Source: Eledone cirrhosa (Eukaryota). Taken from it: a stretch of DNA of 64,000 nt. The position numbers and the translations under genes are program-made. Every line of letters starts with the position of its first letter. The first letter of the stretch is position 1. This document shows, piece after piece, positions 13,146 to 25,755 of the stretch. Below the pieces are notes generated by a model, which saw only the letters and a program-made list of their open reading frames with translations, searched no databases and was not told the DNA's origin. The DNA is taken from contig OZ024744.1 in assembly GCA_964016885.1 (NCBI GenBank), positions 45,198,001 to 45,262,000 on the forward strand. Direction: 5' to 3'.

Positions 13146-13247
13146 TGGCTAAGAACTATCACGTGGCTAGCGGTCAAGGCAGAAATTTTGTGACACCAAT
13201 CACAAACTTTCTGCCTTGACCGCTAGCCACGTGATAGTTCTTAGCCA
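13146..13247. other. 102-bp near-perfect hairpin with two CACGTG E-boxes and a CCAAT at the tip (mirror ~47892-47993)
   Basis: 13146-13185 pairs perfectly with 13208-13247, then one mismatch, 7 more bp (TTTGTGA/TCACAAA) and a 6-nt loop. Confidence 0.9.
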
Positions 13248-13683
13248 TTTTGAATTCATTTCTGGCGGGGATCATGGTAGAAGAAACTTAGTCCAGTCTG
13301 AGTTATCTCCTGAAGAGTTCCAGGCCTCGTGATTGTATCCAAGATCGGATATTTTCAAAGAGTGGAACGAAACAACTGGTGGTCGAGACTACAAGAATAT
13401 TGGTAAAATGTATGTGCATTTTTTCTTTAAACTTCTATTTTGTACCTAATTCCGTGTAGTTAACTATTTGTCTAGTCAATTTCTACAGGCTACAAGAAAT
13501 AATTAGATAAGTGTCATATGGCTGTACATCGCGGAAAATAATTTGTATCATTTGTCTATTACTTCTTCACAAGTACATTTAAAACTTATTGCCCCGTTTA
13601 AATGATTTTTTTATGTGGTTAATTTATATTGATTGGGAGAGGAAATACTGTATATATTTTATCTAATGGTTCTTGGAACTTGC

Positions 13684-13925
<242 letters not shown>

Positions 13926-14003
13926 ATTTCCCACTCAAGTACCCTAAGTATTGAGTATTCTGGGGCGTTATGGTCCATTTGGTTCCTTACCAAAATTCCT
14001 TTG

Positions 14004-14062
<59 letters not shown>

Positions 14063-14148
14063 TAAAAGGTAAACAGAAATAACAACACAATCGGTACAGT
14101 ATATGTAAGGTACATATTAGGTTAACGCATGATATAGCAGGAAGAGGG

Positions 14149-14182
14149 TCTTAACGTTTCGGACGCTAGTTCTTCATCAGAA

Positions 14183-14184
<2 letters not shown>
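14149..14184 (-). ncRNA. Minimal type I hammerhead ribozyme with a stem II mismatch
   Basis: Minus strand TCTT-CTGATGA-A-GAAC-TAGC-GTCC-GAAA-CG-TT-AAGA, inside a ~125-bp module (14062-14186) flanked by (TA)n. Confidence 0.7.
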
Positions 14185-14254
<70 letters not shown>

Positions 14255-14257
<3 letters not shown>

Positions 14258-17200
14258 ATAAAGTATGACCCCGATGGCAGAGCTCAAGCCGTTTTGACGG
14301 CTACTTCTGGACTAAATTAGAATTTTTAGTGTGGTAAAAAAATAGCCGAACTTTTCAAGGGGTACTTCCTTATATGGGGAGATTGTAGTTGTCAAGAGGA
14401 TTCGTCAAAATTTGTTGTAAACTCAAATAAGCCTATCATGGCAGTGGGTGGTGGTGGTGGTGGTGGTGGCAGAACGTGCCTGTAGAACAATGAGGGAGTG
14501 GGTGGAGCCGGTCAAGCGTTGAAAGTGAAATCTATACGGCAAATTCTAAGGAATGTGTATGAAAGTAGGCCAGAGGAGGTAGGCGAAAAAAGGTTTCTGG
14601 AGAAAATAGAGGAAGGGACCTTATAGAATGGGTAAATCAATTGAGATTTGGAGACAATAAAAAACAATTAAAAAAATAAGAGAAAAATATATAAAAATAT
14701 AAAATTGGATAGTGAGAAGTGATAAAAAACAAAAACTATGGAGTCTAAAACAGCTGCCATATTGTTGGTGTTGCCTCTTCAGCCAATGCTATAGATTGAG
14801 TTGAGAATAGAAGATACTAAATAAGAATTATTGAAATTGTAGAATTGGGGAGTAAAAAGTAATATAAAATCTCTGGGATCTAACACAGCTGCTATGATTA
14901 GTTAGTGTAGCGTATTCGGCCAATGCTATCTTTAAATTACTGGGGTGGGGGTACTGAGGCTACAGAGGTCCGATGGGCTGCCTCGGGGTAGGCGAAATGG
15001 GGAAAAAAAGAACGAGGAAGAAGATCGGTTGTGGAAGGAAGTGATAGGAGGAGACAAAGGGAAGAAGAAAACATAGAGGAAAAGAAAAAAGGTAAAACTA
15101 CCTATGTAAGCTGGGGTTTCCCCTATATTATTCGGCAAGTGGGGTGTTTCAGCTCTTGTCTACCCACCCGGATCGTTAGGGGGTTTGAGGGCGAGGTAAG
15201 TCTTACACAATCTGTGTTTCCATGCAGTTACCAGTTCGTCTTTTTTGTTTAGGAGTTGATCCTTCGTAAACAGCATTTGTAATGTTTCCTCCGAGCATAA
15301 GTTACACGGACGGCGTCCTCCCGTGTAAGAGTTAGCTCTGGACAGTAAGCTCCAAGTAAGATTGTAAATTATATTATTATCTTGGAGGTCCCAGATGTGG
15401 TCCGAAAGTGTAGTGGCTTGTCGCCGGACCGAATTTCGGAACGTATGTCGGTGTTGATAGGCCGGGTCTTAAAGTCACAAGCGGTTAATCCTATATAAGC
15501 TTTGTTGGAGGTGTCCGTCCTCACGTTGCATTGGTAGATCACGTTACGTTCTCGGCATCTGTTATTGAGGGGGCACGTAGATCTATCAGGGCAGTTACAC
15601 CTCCTGGTCGGCTCTCCACTAATGTCTAGGTTGTTTCTTCCATAGGAGTTGATTTTTTCGTTGTTTGAGGAGACTATGTTTTGTGCGAAGTTAGGTGTGG
15701 TGCTGTAGGAGAGCTTGATAATGTTTTTGTTGATTATATTGTGGTAGTGGTGTTGTTGTGGGAAGTATTTTTCGAGGACCCTAAAGAAGATTTTCCCGAT
15801 AAGTGTTGCTATCTCGGCATTATGGGGAGGATTGAACCACGTTACGTGGCGAGAGCGGAGGCGTCGCCTGCACGTTCCCCTAAGGGAAGCTGGATAAAAA
15901 GATATTTCCTCCCGGAAGCCACTCCGCTTGAGGGTCTGGTTGTAATGAGGCGCATGTTCGTCGAATATCTGCTCATTAGCGGACAAACGAGATATGCGGA
16001 GGGAGATGTTTTTAAACAGGTTATTGGTGATGTTTCTAGGATGGTTAGTGCTGCGGTGGATGTAGTGCAGGTTGTCGTTTGGTTTCCTGTAAGGGTAGTA
16101 CAGATCAGTTTCGAGGTTGAGGGTAACGTCCAGGAAATTGACTCGGGTTAGGGACGTTTGTAGGGTGATTTTGAATCCCCAGTCCCGGAAGAAGTTGATT
16201 AGTTGTTTACGGACCCGGTCTGTACTACTGGAGTTGTACTATTTGAGGGTTAGGAGTCCATCGTCTCAGTACAATCCACCGCCAAATGCAGGAAATATTT
16301 CGTTGAGTTTAAATAGTAGGAATAATCCTATAAGATCGGTGACCTCGGCTGAATCGGTCGCGCCCATAGAGACGTCGAAACGAGGAGTCGGGAGCTCTCT
16401 TTAGGACTGTCTTCCTGGCGTGGAGAATGATATTTCTTTCCTGGTTGGTGATGGGTGTGAGTGTTTTGGCAAAGTCCAAGGCGGCTGTAAGGAGCGCTAA
16501 GGTAATAGATGCATAGTAACTCTCTATGTCAAACTGGATGAATTTTGTGTCCCGTTTGTCCTCAATATTCCTGAACCATGAGATTACTTCCTGGGTGCTG
16601 ACCCATAGGCCAAGTGTCGCGTTTTGCTTAAATTTTGGTATAAAGCGGTCTAGGATCTTTTCACTAATTCTCTCTATATCCGACTTCGTCGGGTTTAAAA
16701 GCCTTATGGATGGTTTGCGGTCGAAGTTGGATTTGTGGTCCTTCAGTGTGAAGTAGGTGGTCTGTGGGTCGAGGGATTCAGTGCGGTTTGCGACCCTGAG
16801 GCTGGAGGTAATGTGTTGTCCATCTAGTTTTATGTCCTCGATAATTGAATGGTTAGCCTTTTTATGGGTAGAGTTTAGGCTGCTCCTGATCAGTGTGTTA
16901 TATCTGTCCGGGTTGACGAAATAGAGGTTTCAAGTTTTGTCCGAGTGCACCAGGATGTCGTTGGCGCTTTCATACTCCGTTATTTTGCTACGGAACTGTT
17001 GTAGGAATCTGTTGTGTCTGGGTTTGAATTTAATACCCTTGACCAGTTGGAAAAGGTCGTTCTCGATGGGTGAGAGCATAGGGTTAGGTGGGGAAGATTT
17101 GTAGGTATTGAATCCGAATCTCTCCTTGGTGTCGAAGTCCTGGTTGTCGCGGTATCTATCGTAGAAAAATGTTCTCCATCTTAGTCTTTTCGCAAAAAGG

Positions 17201-18810
17201 TCGGTTTTTTTGCATGAGCTTCCGAAGGTAAAGTTTTCTCGGTGGAATTGGAATGTTCTTGGTGGAGGAGTCGATATTGTGTTTTCGCATGGTGTGGGTA
17301 AACAAACTTGAGCTGGGTGGAAAAGTCAGGATATGGCGTGGTAGGGTCGGAAAGTGCTCTACTGCGGAGGTAGGATCTAAATAACGAAGGAGTTGTGGTA
17401 AGCAACCAGATGGGGAACCGACCAGGAGGTGTAACTGCCCTGATAGATCTACGTGCCCCCTCAACAATAGATGCCGAGAGCGTAACGTGATCTCCCAGTG
17501 CAACCTGAGGACGGACACCTCCAACAAAGCTTATATAGGATTAACCGCTTGTGACTTTAAGACCCGGCCTATCAACACCGACATACGTTCCGAAATTCGG
17601 TCCGGCGACATGCCACTACACTTTCGGGCCACATCTGGGACCTCCAAGATAATAATATAATTTGCAATCTTACTTGGAGCTTACTGTCCAGAGCTAACTC
17701 TTACACGGGAGGACGCCGTCCGTGTAACTTATGCTCGGAGGAAACATTACAAATGCTGTTTACGAAGGATCAACTCCTAAACAAAAAAGACGAACTGGTA
17801 ACTGCATGGAAACACAGATTGTGTAAGACTTACCTCGCCCTCAAACCCCCTAACGATCCGGGTGGGTAGACAAGAGCTGAAACACCCCACTTGCCGAATA
17901 ATATAAGGGAAACCCCAGCTTACATAGGTAGTTTTACCTCTTTTCTTTTCCTCTATGTTTTCTTCTTCCCTTTGTCTCCTCCTATCACTTCCTTCCACCA
18001 CCGATCTTCTTCCTCGTTCTTTTTTTCCCCATTTCACCTACCCTGAGGCAGCCCATCGGACCTCTGTAGCCTCAGTACCCCCACCCCAGTAACTTAAAGA
18101 TAGCATTGGCCGAATACGCTACACTAACTAATCATAGCAGCTGTGTTAGATCCCAGAGATTTTATATTACATTTTACTCCCCAATTCTACAATTTCAATA
18201 ATTCTTATTTAGTATCTTCTATTCTCAACTCATTCTATAGCATTGGCTGAAGAGGCAACACCAAGAATATGGCAGCTGTTTTAGACTCCATAGTTTTTGT
18301 TTTTTATCACTTCTCACTATCCAATTTTATATTTTTATATATCTTTCTCTTATTGTTTTATTGTCTCCAAATCTCAATTGATTTACCCATTCTATAAGGT
18401 CCCTTCCTCTATTTTCTCCAGAAACCTTTTTTCGCCTACCTCCTTGGCCTACTTTCATACAGATTTCTTAGAATTTGCCGTATAGATTTCACTTTCAACG
18501 CTTGAGCAGCCCCACCCACTCCCTCATTGTTCTACAGGCAAGTTCCGCCACCACCACCTCCCACCCACTGCCAGGATATACTTATTTGTGTTTACAACAA
18601 ATTTTAACCAATCCTCTTGACGACTACAATCTTCCCATATTAGGAAGTACCTCTTGAAAAGTTCGGCTATTTATTTACCAGACTAAAAATTTTAATTTAG
18701 TCCAGAAATAACCGTCAAAACGGCTTGATCTCTGCCGTCGGGGTCATACTTTTTCCTATTGCCCACCCTTCTACTCTAAGTATTGAGTACTCTGGTGCGT
18801 TATGGTCATA
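14255..18810 (-). mobile_element. Penelope-like element with inverted pseudo-LTR (left arm; right arm keeps only ~45296-46338)
   Basis: Broken ORF ~15250-17290 on minus: STKNIPIP start, GLY*DDGL RT motif near 16260, WFNPP, IKLSYS, NVIYQC...YIGLT (GIY-YIG). 14255-15611 is repeated inverted at 17418-18759. Confidence 0.9.
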
Positions 18811-18815
18811 TATAT

Positions 18816-19441
18816 TTATGAAGGGCGGGTAAAATCCCGAGATCCATGGACGAGTTCTCTCCAGCGGTCTCCGGCCCTCATTATCGCTGCCATGTCCTGC
18901 GTCTCCAACAGACCAGTGGCTGTCCTCAGGGCATCAACATACGTTAACTTCGGTCTTCCTCTTCCAGTGTGTCCATGTAGGGGCTCCCACAGGATCACTG
19001 AATGCAGTGTCAACTCTGAATGTCGGTGAGCATGTACAGCTAACCTCAGTCTCCTTTGTTGTCACTTTTGAGCTGATATTTGGGAGGCTCCCGTACAGCT
19101 CTGAGTTCTTCATCATCAGAGTATACTGATTGATGTTCAGAGCCATCTCCAGCATTCTCGTGTAGCACCCATCCAGAATATTAAGAACCCAGAGAAGATT
19201 ACTAATGTAGGCGGGAAGCCGCTATAATTGGTTGAGGACTTCCTGTATTTGGGAGCAAAGATTGGGAATACGGAAGATGATGTGGTCGAGAGGAAAAGCA
19301 AAGCCTGGGCGGCGTACCACAGCTTGAGATTGGTGTGGAAGTCGGACCTTCGTAAAGACCTGAAGAACTGCCTCTACGTTGCTGTAGTGGAGTCTGTGCT
19401 GCTGTATAGGTCTGAGACTTGGACACTGACCAAGAAACTCA
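18816..19441 (-). mobile_element. 5'-inverted, 5'-truncated RTE/RTEX-like LINE with 11-bp TSD
   Basis: Plus segment ~19181-19441 encodes VEDFLYLG...VESVLLY..ETWTLTKKL; minus segment 19180-18816 continues ILDGCYTRML...WEP..HG..GRP. TSD GTCATATATAT at 18805-18815 and 19442-19452. Confidence 0.85.
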
Positions 19442-19876
19442 GTCATATATATATATATAATCCCAGAAACCATAGACAAAACTATAACCCTACTAACAAA
19501 AACCAAAGATCCCCGAACACAAGGCAGGACCTGATCCGCAGATCACAACCCACACAAAACCTATTCCAAAACCGTAGACCCCTGCCCACACAGAGCCTGT
19601 TCCAAAACCGTAGATCCCAACCCACACAAAGGAACAAAATCTACAACCCGGACTATCAACAAACCGAACCTCAATACGTCCGAAACTTCTATACAAGACC
19701 ACACAACAACAGCGGAAATACCATTAGATATAATAATACCATTGAAATACCATTAGATATAAATACCATTAGATATAATAATACCATTGAAATAGCATTA
19801 GATATAATAATACCATTGAAAAAACATTCCAGAAAAATAATTTTTTAGACCAAGGCTACAGTATTCACGACACCCG

Positions 19877-22147
19877 GTGGTACAAACCGATTTTGAAAAA
19901 CTGAAAATAATTAACCTTTCAAATACAAACCTCTCAGCCCAACAAGTAAAAATTCTCTCCAAAGGACTGAAATTCACACCAACACCACAATACTCTAACC
20001 CCAATGAGATAAATGACGATATCTCACACTTCTGTAGAAAATTACGTCTCACAGAGGAATTCTTTGACAAGGAGAATAACGACGAATCAATTGTACGGAA
20101 TAAAAGCAGTTACAACCCAACAAAAGGTAGAAACACAGTTCTGGACAAATTTTGTGATCACATAGCTACCTTCCCATACCATGAACTACCGCAACCTAAA
20201 CCCAAACCCAACACGAGTCGAAGGGAATGAGAGATTATCCATGAACTAAAAAACAATACGGACATTATAATTAGGGAAGCGGACAAGGGAAGTACTGTTG
20301 TCATTATGGAGGCTGAAAAATATAAAAATTCTATGTTCTCTCTCTTACAAAATACTAATTACTATGAAAGAGTAAAAAAGTACCAGCAATCAAAAATAAT
20401 GACCAAATTAAACACACTGATTTATCGATACCAGGAAGACCTAACTAAAAAGGAACGCGATTATTTAACAAATTTTGAATACAAAACCAGCAACCTTTAC
20501 GGACTTCCGAAGATCCACAAGTGTAAAATAATCAACGATGCCTGTAAACAATCCACCTCAGCCTGCGTGAACACACAATACCCCACATACCTTAAATTAA
20601 GACCAATTGTAGCGGGCCCACAATGTGAAACACACAGACTGAGCAACTTTATAGACATACTACTGAAGCCAATAGTGAAACACATACCAAGCCTTGTAAG
20701 AGACGATCTGGACCTCTTAAACCACCTCCCCAAACATGTCAACAACGACACTATTATTGTGTCCTTCGATGTAGTGAATCTCTACACAACGATCCCGCAC
20801 CAATACGGACTAGAAGCAATAGGATTCTGGCTAGAGAAATATCCCAATGAGATACCTGACAGAATAGAAAAAAGCTTCATCACCGAGGGATTAAAATTCA
20901 TCTTACAGAACAACTTTTTTGATTTCGATGGCAATACTTACAAGCAAATATCGGGGACTGCGATGGGTACAAAAGCCGCTCCAACTTATGCCAACTTAAT
21001 CATGGCATACTTAGAAGTCCAGATATATGAACAGTCCAAATCAAAATACGGATTGAACTTCCACAAATATTTATCAGAGAATTGGAAACGCTACTTGGAT
21101 GATTGCCTCATTCTTTGGACCCACACACTCGACCAACTGAAGGATTTCAAAAACTTAATAAACGGCATCAATAACCACATCCAATTCTCAATGGAATACA
21201 GCCAAGATCAACTCCCATTTCTGGACATCTTATTCTTAAAAAAAGACACAAATATCGAAACTGACATACACTACTAACCAACAGATTCCAAACAATATCT
21301 GCTATTCACCTCCAGCCATCCAAAGCACACGAAGACGAACATTCCTTTTAACCTAGCAAGAAGAATTTGCACAATTGTCTCCAATTATGAAACGCGAAAT
21401 AAAAGACTTCAAGAGTTAAAGGAAATTCTACTCGAGAGAGAGTACCCACTATTACTAATAAATAATGGAATAGAAAGGGCTAAAGCAATAGGCATTGATG
21501 AATTACGGAAACAGAAACAAATTCAAGGTACGTCCAATATTCTATCATATATCTCAACACACAACCCAAGAAATGCGGAAGCTTACAACACTATTCACAA
21601 GAACACCCCACTACTAAAACAAAACCCAAGAATGAAAAAAGCCCTTGAAACACACAAAATAATCAAAAGCAAAAGACAACCAAAATCACTGAAAACATTA
21701 CTCACCAATGCCAAATTACCTACCACAAACCCACAACCAAGTATCAAAAAATGTGGTCGCTCTAATTGTGGAACCTGCACTCCCCTCATTGAAGGCAACA
21801 CGTATACCTTTAAATCAGGACAAAATTTTACTGTAAAAAATCACTTCACTTGCTCATCAAAAAATCTACTTTATGCCATTAAATGTAAAGGATGCAATGA
21901 AGATTATATAGGACAAACTAAACTCACACTCAGAAACAGAATGATAGTTCATTGCCAACAATTACGAGATCCAACCACGAGACAGATACCACTAAGTGCA
22001 CATCTAGACATTTGCGCAAGTAATAAGATACCCAAATTCCAAGTCTTCCCATTTTACCTTTGCGCTAACAATACAACAGAACAAATACGAATAAATAAGG
22101 AAAATATGTTTATTCAAAAATATAGACCAGCATTAAATATGGTTTAA
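19877..22147 (+). pseudogene. Penelope-like RT-GIY-YIG ORF, one frame with two premature stops
   Basis: ORFs 19877, 20306 and 21632 share a frame. Motifs LSKGLKF, EADKG, YGLPKIHK, SFDVVNLYT, GTAMGT, RYLDD, NLLYAIKC..C..YIGQT. Stops at 20228 and 21275. Right arm keeps only 45018-45295. Confidence 0.93.
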
Positions 22148-22639
22148 TATACATTATGTCAACACCATAATATGACATACACACACACACATAACACCTT
22201 CTACTTTAGAAAATAAAAACCCGAACTAAATAAACCTTAACATACGTTTGCACTGACAATACAACAGAACAAATACGAATAACTAAGGAAAATATGTTCA
22301 TTCTAAAATATTCCTACTAAAGGAATCATTTTCCTACACACACACAGACACACACACACACACACACACTATATATATATATATTTTCTTCATCTTAACA
22401 TGCTAACCATACTCCCACACACAACACCCATACACACACATAACAACCCCCACACCCACAACTCCCTCCCCCATTTCTACTAATAGAACCACTTTCCTAC
22501 ACACATATATACACACACACAAAATATATATTCTCTCCATCTTAACATACTCGCACACACACACATAACACCCATACACACACAACTCCCTCCCACATTT
22601 CTACTAATAGAATCATCTTCCAATACACACACACACACA

Positions 22640-23260
22640 CACACACAAGCACACAAATAAACATACATATCTTTACTTCAATAGAAAATCTGAACTCTGA
22701 CACCCCAGCGAACTAACCATATTCACTGAACCAGAACAATTCTCCCAATCCCATTTCTCTTGACCACTATCTTTCCATTGTCATAACATTCTCTATAAAG
22801 GCTACAGAATAGATTTCCAAATAAGGGCGCAAAAATGTAATGAAAACTTGTTCACCTGACAGCCAAATTTCATTTATAACCAATCAAATCACGTTTATTA
22901 AAAAAAAGCCTTCGTGAGCCACCTTTTTTTGAAGTAAAGAAATTCAAACACACACACACAAGCACACAAATAAACATACATATCTTTACTTTCTTTATTC
23001 AATAGAAAATCTGAATTCTGACACCCCAGCGAACTAACCATATTCACTGAACCAGAACAATTCTCCCATCCCTTTCTCTTGACCATTATCTTTCACTTAT
23101 CATAAAATTCTCTAAAAAGGCTACAGAATGGATTTCCAAATAAGGGCACGAATATTTAATGAAAACTTGTTCACGTGACAGCCATAATTTCATTTATAAC
23201 CAATAAAAAAAAAGCCTTCGTGAGCCCCTTTTTTCAAGTAAAAAGAAATTCAAACACTCA
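22640..23260. repeat. ~310-bp tandem duplication downstream of the PLE ORF (mirror ~43905-44525)
   Basis: ACACAAGCACACAAATAAACATACATATCTTTACT...GACACCCCAGCGAACTAACC at ~22643 and ~22955. Confidence 0.85.
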
Positions 23261-23661
23261 TATATGAAAAAAAACAACCTGTGACAACCCCCCCCCCCCT
23301 CTTATTTGAAGAACTATTGTAACGCGAACTGGCGCGAGATTTATTATAATTATTGACAAACCAATCAAATTACTTCTCGAAAAACCTGGCATTTCGAGCC
23401 ACTTTTTCCATATAAAACAAGTAACATTCAGAGACCAACCAGATGTGAGAAAAACGACAGACATTCCATCTCAACTCACCTTTTGAAAAGCAGAAGAACT
23501 GCGAAACCGGTAAAGGAACCAAATAAATATATATATTTAAAAAAAAAAAAAGAAAAAAAAAAAAAGACTCCAGTTGCATTTTCGATTTCATCTCTTTTTC
23601 TTTATACTTTCACTCGTGTAGGACACCTCGGTTATTTTTCATTTTGTAAAAAAAACCTCAC

Positions 23662-23721
<60 letters not shown>

Positions 23722-24605
23722 TTATATATATATAAGAAAAGAGTTATTTAATTTGTTGGTTATTCAACAAATATTTTTATAACAGATTCGAAGCACTGTC
23801 AGGTTTTCTTCTGGAGTATATCAATAATATTAATAAATGGAAACTATCTTTATAAAACCATATTTATTTTATTATATATATTTCAAGGGTACCAACATTT
23901 TTAGAATATATAGACATTGCAAATCCATACACATTAACACATTCATAGATATAAGGAATGCTATCTAAATGCATATACAAAAGAATTTTTATCTTAGAAA
24001 ATACGTAATGTATGATACCATAAAATCACATATATTTTTACATATATCTTAATTAGAATATTTTTTAAAGTAAATTCTAGAATAAACTGTAAATATAACT
24101 TAACTATTTTAACTAAGAAATATTGGAGTTATCTTTTCCTTTATAATGTAACACGCTTACACATTTCTTCTAAGTAACTACTAAACTTTACATAAATATT
24201 AACATTTTTTGTATAATTTCATTAACTTCATAAATTTTGTAAATGTATTCCTATCTTGATGCAATTATTGGATGTACAAAATAATCTTCTATAATAAAAT
24301 AGAACTACTTCCTTTTTCTCAAACATACATTGAAAGGGCAAACAAGAAATTCATCGTAACTATATATAAAAAATATTTAAATAATCTATCCATTAATAAA
24401 GACAACATATATACTCACCAAAATTATTCATATAAATATAAATAAAAATATAAAAAAGACATAAAGGGATGGGTTGACAACGAAAGGGGGAAAATATAAT
24501 AAATATATATATATGTATGTAAAAGGTAAACAGAAATATCAACACAATCGGTACAGTATATGGAAGGGATATATTAGATTAACGTTTGATTTAGCAGGAA
24601 GAGGG

Positions 24606-24641
24606 TCTTAACGTTTCGGACGCTAGTCCTCCATCAGAAGA
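24606..24641 (-). ncRNA. Minimal hammerhead ribozyme with mutated core, CUGAUGG (mirror 42516-42551, +)
   Basis: TCTT-CTGATGG-A-GGAC-TAGC-GTCC-GAAA-CG-TT-AAGA in a second copy of the ~125-bp module (24521-24645). Confidence 0.6.
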
Positions 24642-24715
24642 AAGAATGAGAAATAAAATAGATTAAGGGGACGGGTGGGATGGAATTGGAAAAAATGTCT
24701 TTAGATAAAAATAAT

Positions 24716-24900
24716 TGTTTCTACTTTAGGCACAAGGCCAGCAATTACCCAGTGCATTACTGGTACTTTATTTTATCGACCCCGTAAGGATGAAAGGCAA
24801 AGTCAACCTCGGCGGGATCTGAACTCAGATCGTAAAGGGACGTAACTATGCTGGAAAGCATGGGGTCCGACCCTCTACTGATACTGCCAATCCACCGCCC
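24716..24900 (-). mobile_element. tRNA-derived SINE, full length (mirror ~42256-42442)
   Basis: GGCGGTGGATTGGCAG head and GAGTTCAGATCCC B-box; flanked by TTTAGATAAAAATAAT at ~24700 and ~24921. Confidence 0.85.
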
Positions 24901-25049
24901 TTAAGATAAAAATCCACCGTTTTAGATAAAAATAATAGGTCCATTCATGTTGACAGCTTTTATATATATATATATATATACACGCACACACATACACACA
25001 CACACAATCACACACACACAGACAGATATATATACGTACCCACATACGC

Positions 25050-25172
<123 letters not shown>

Positions 25173-25337
25173 CAGAAACATTCATATGTATATATGTACA
25201 CACACGTAAAAATATTATTTATATACATAAACACGCACACGCATATATACATACAATTTTATTATATAAACATAACTATAATTAGAATTATATACACATA
25301 TAGACACAAATGTATACATATATACATATATACATAC

Positions 25338-25411
<74 letters not shown>

Positions 25412-25648
25412 TTAGTTATACTATTTATGGTTATGTAAACACAAAACCTTAAGCAGTTGTAAGTATTTTACACACACCCTAAATAGTGGTAGGCAGTAAT
25501 GTATTACTACCTTATTACCAGTAAGTTAAGTAGCTCAATGTAAAAACATCAGATGATTTACAGAGCAGTTATATGAAATATAAGAATCAAAGAACTGTTC
25601 AAATATTATTGTAAGCACAATAATGTTTTGAACAGTTCTTTGATTCTT

Positions 25649-25755
<107 letters not shown>

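Noticed and set aside
12161-13219. His/Thr/Pro/Val/Gly-rich and YIYI/CVCV ORFs here and throughout the window
   Set aside because: Translations of (CAC)n, (TA)n, (CA)n and (GA)n microsatellites.
18241-18290. Hammerhead in the inverted pLTR (CTGAAGAGGC...CAGCTG)
   Set aside because: No GAAA core or stem pairing could be found. Similar weak matches near 23780 and 28670 were also not accepted.
24716-24900. tRNA gene
   Set aside because: A/B-box-like motifs are present but no cloverleaf; multiple dispersed copies with TSDs identify it as a SINE.
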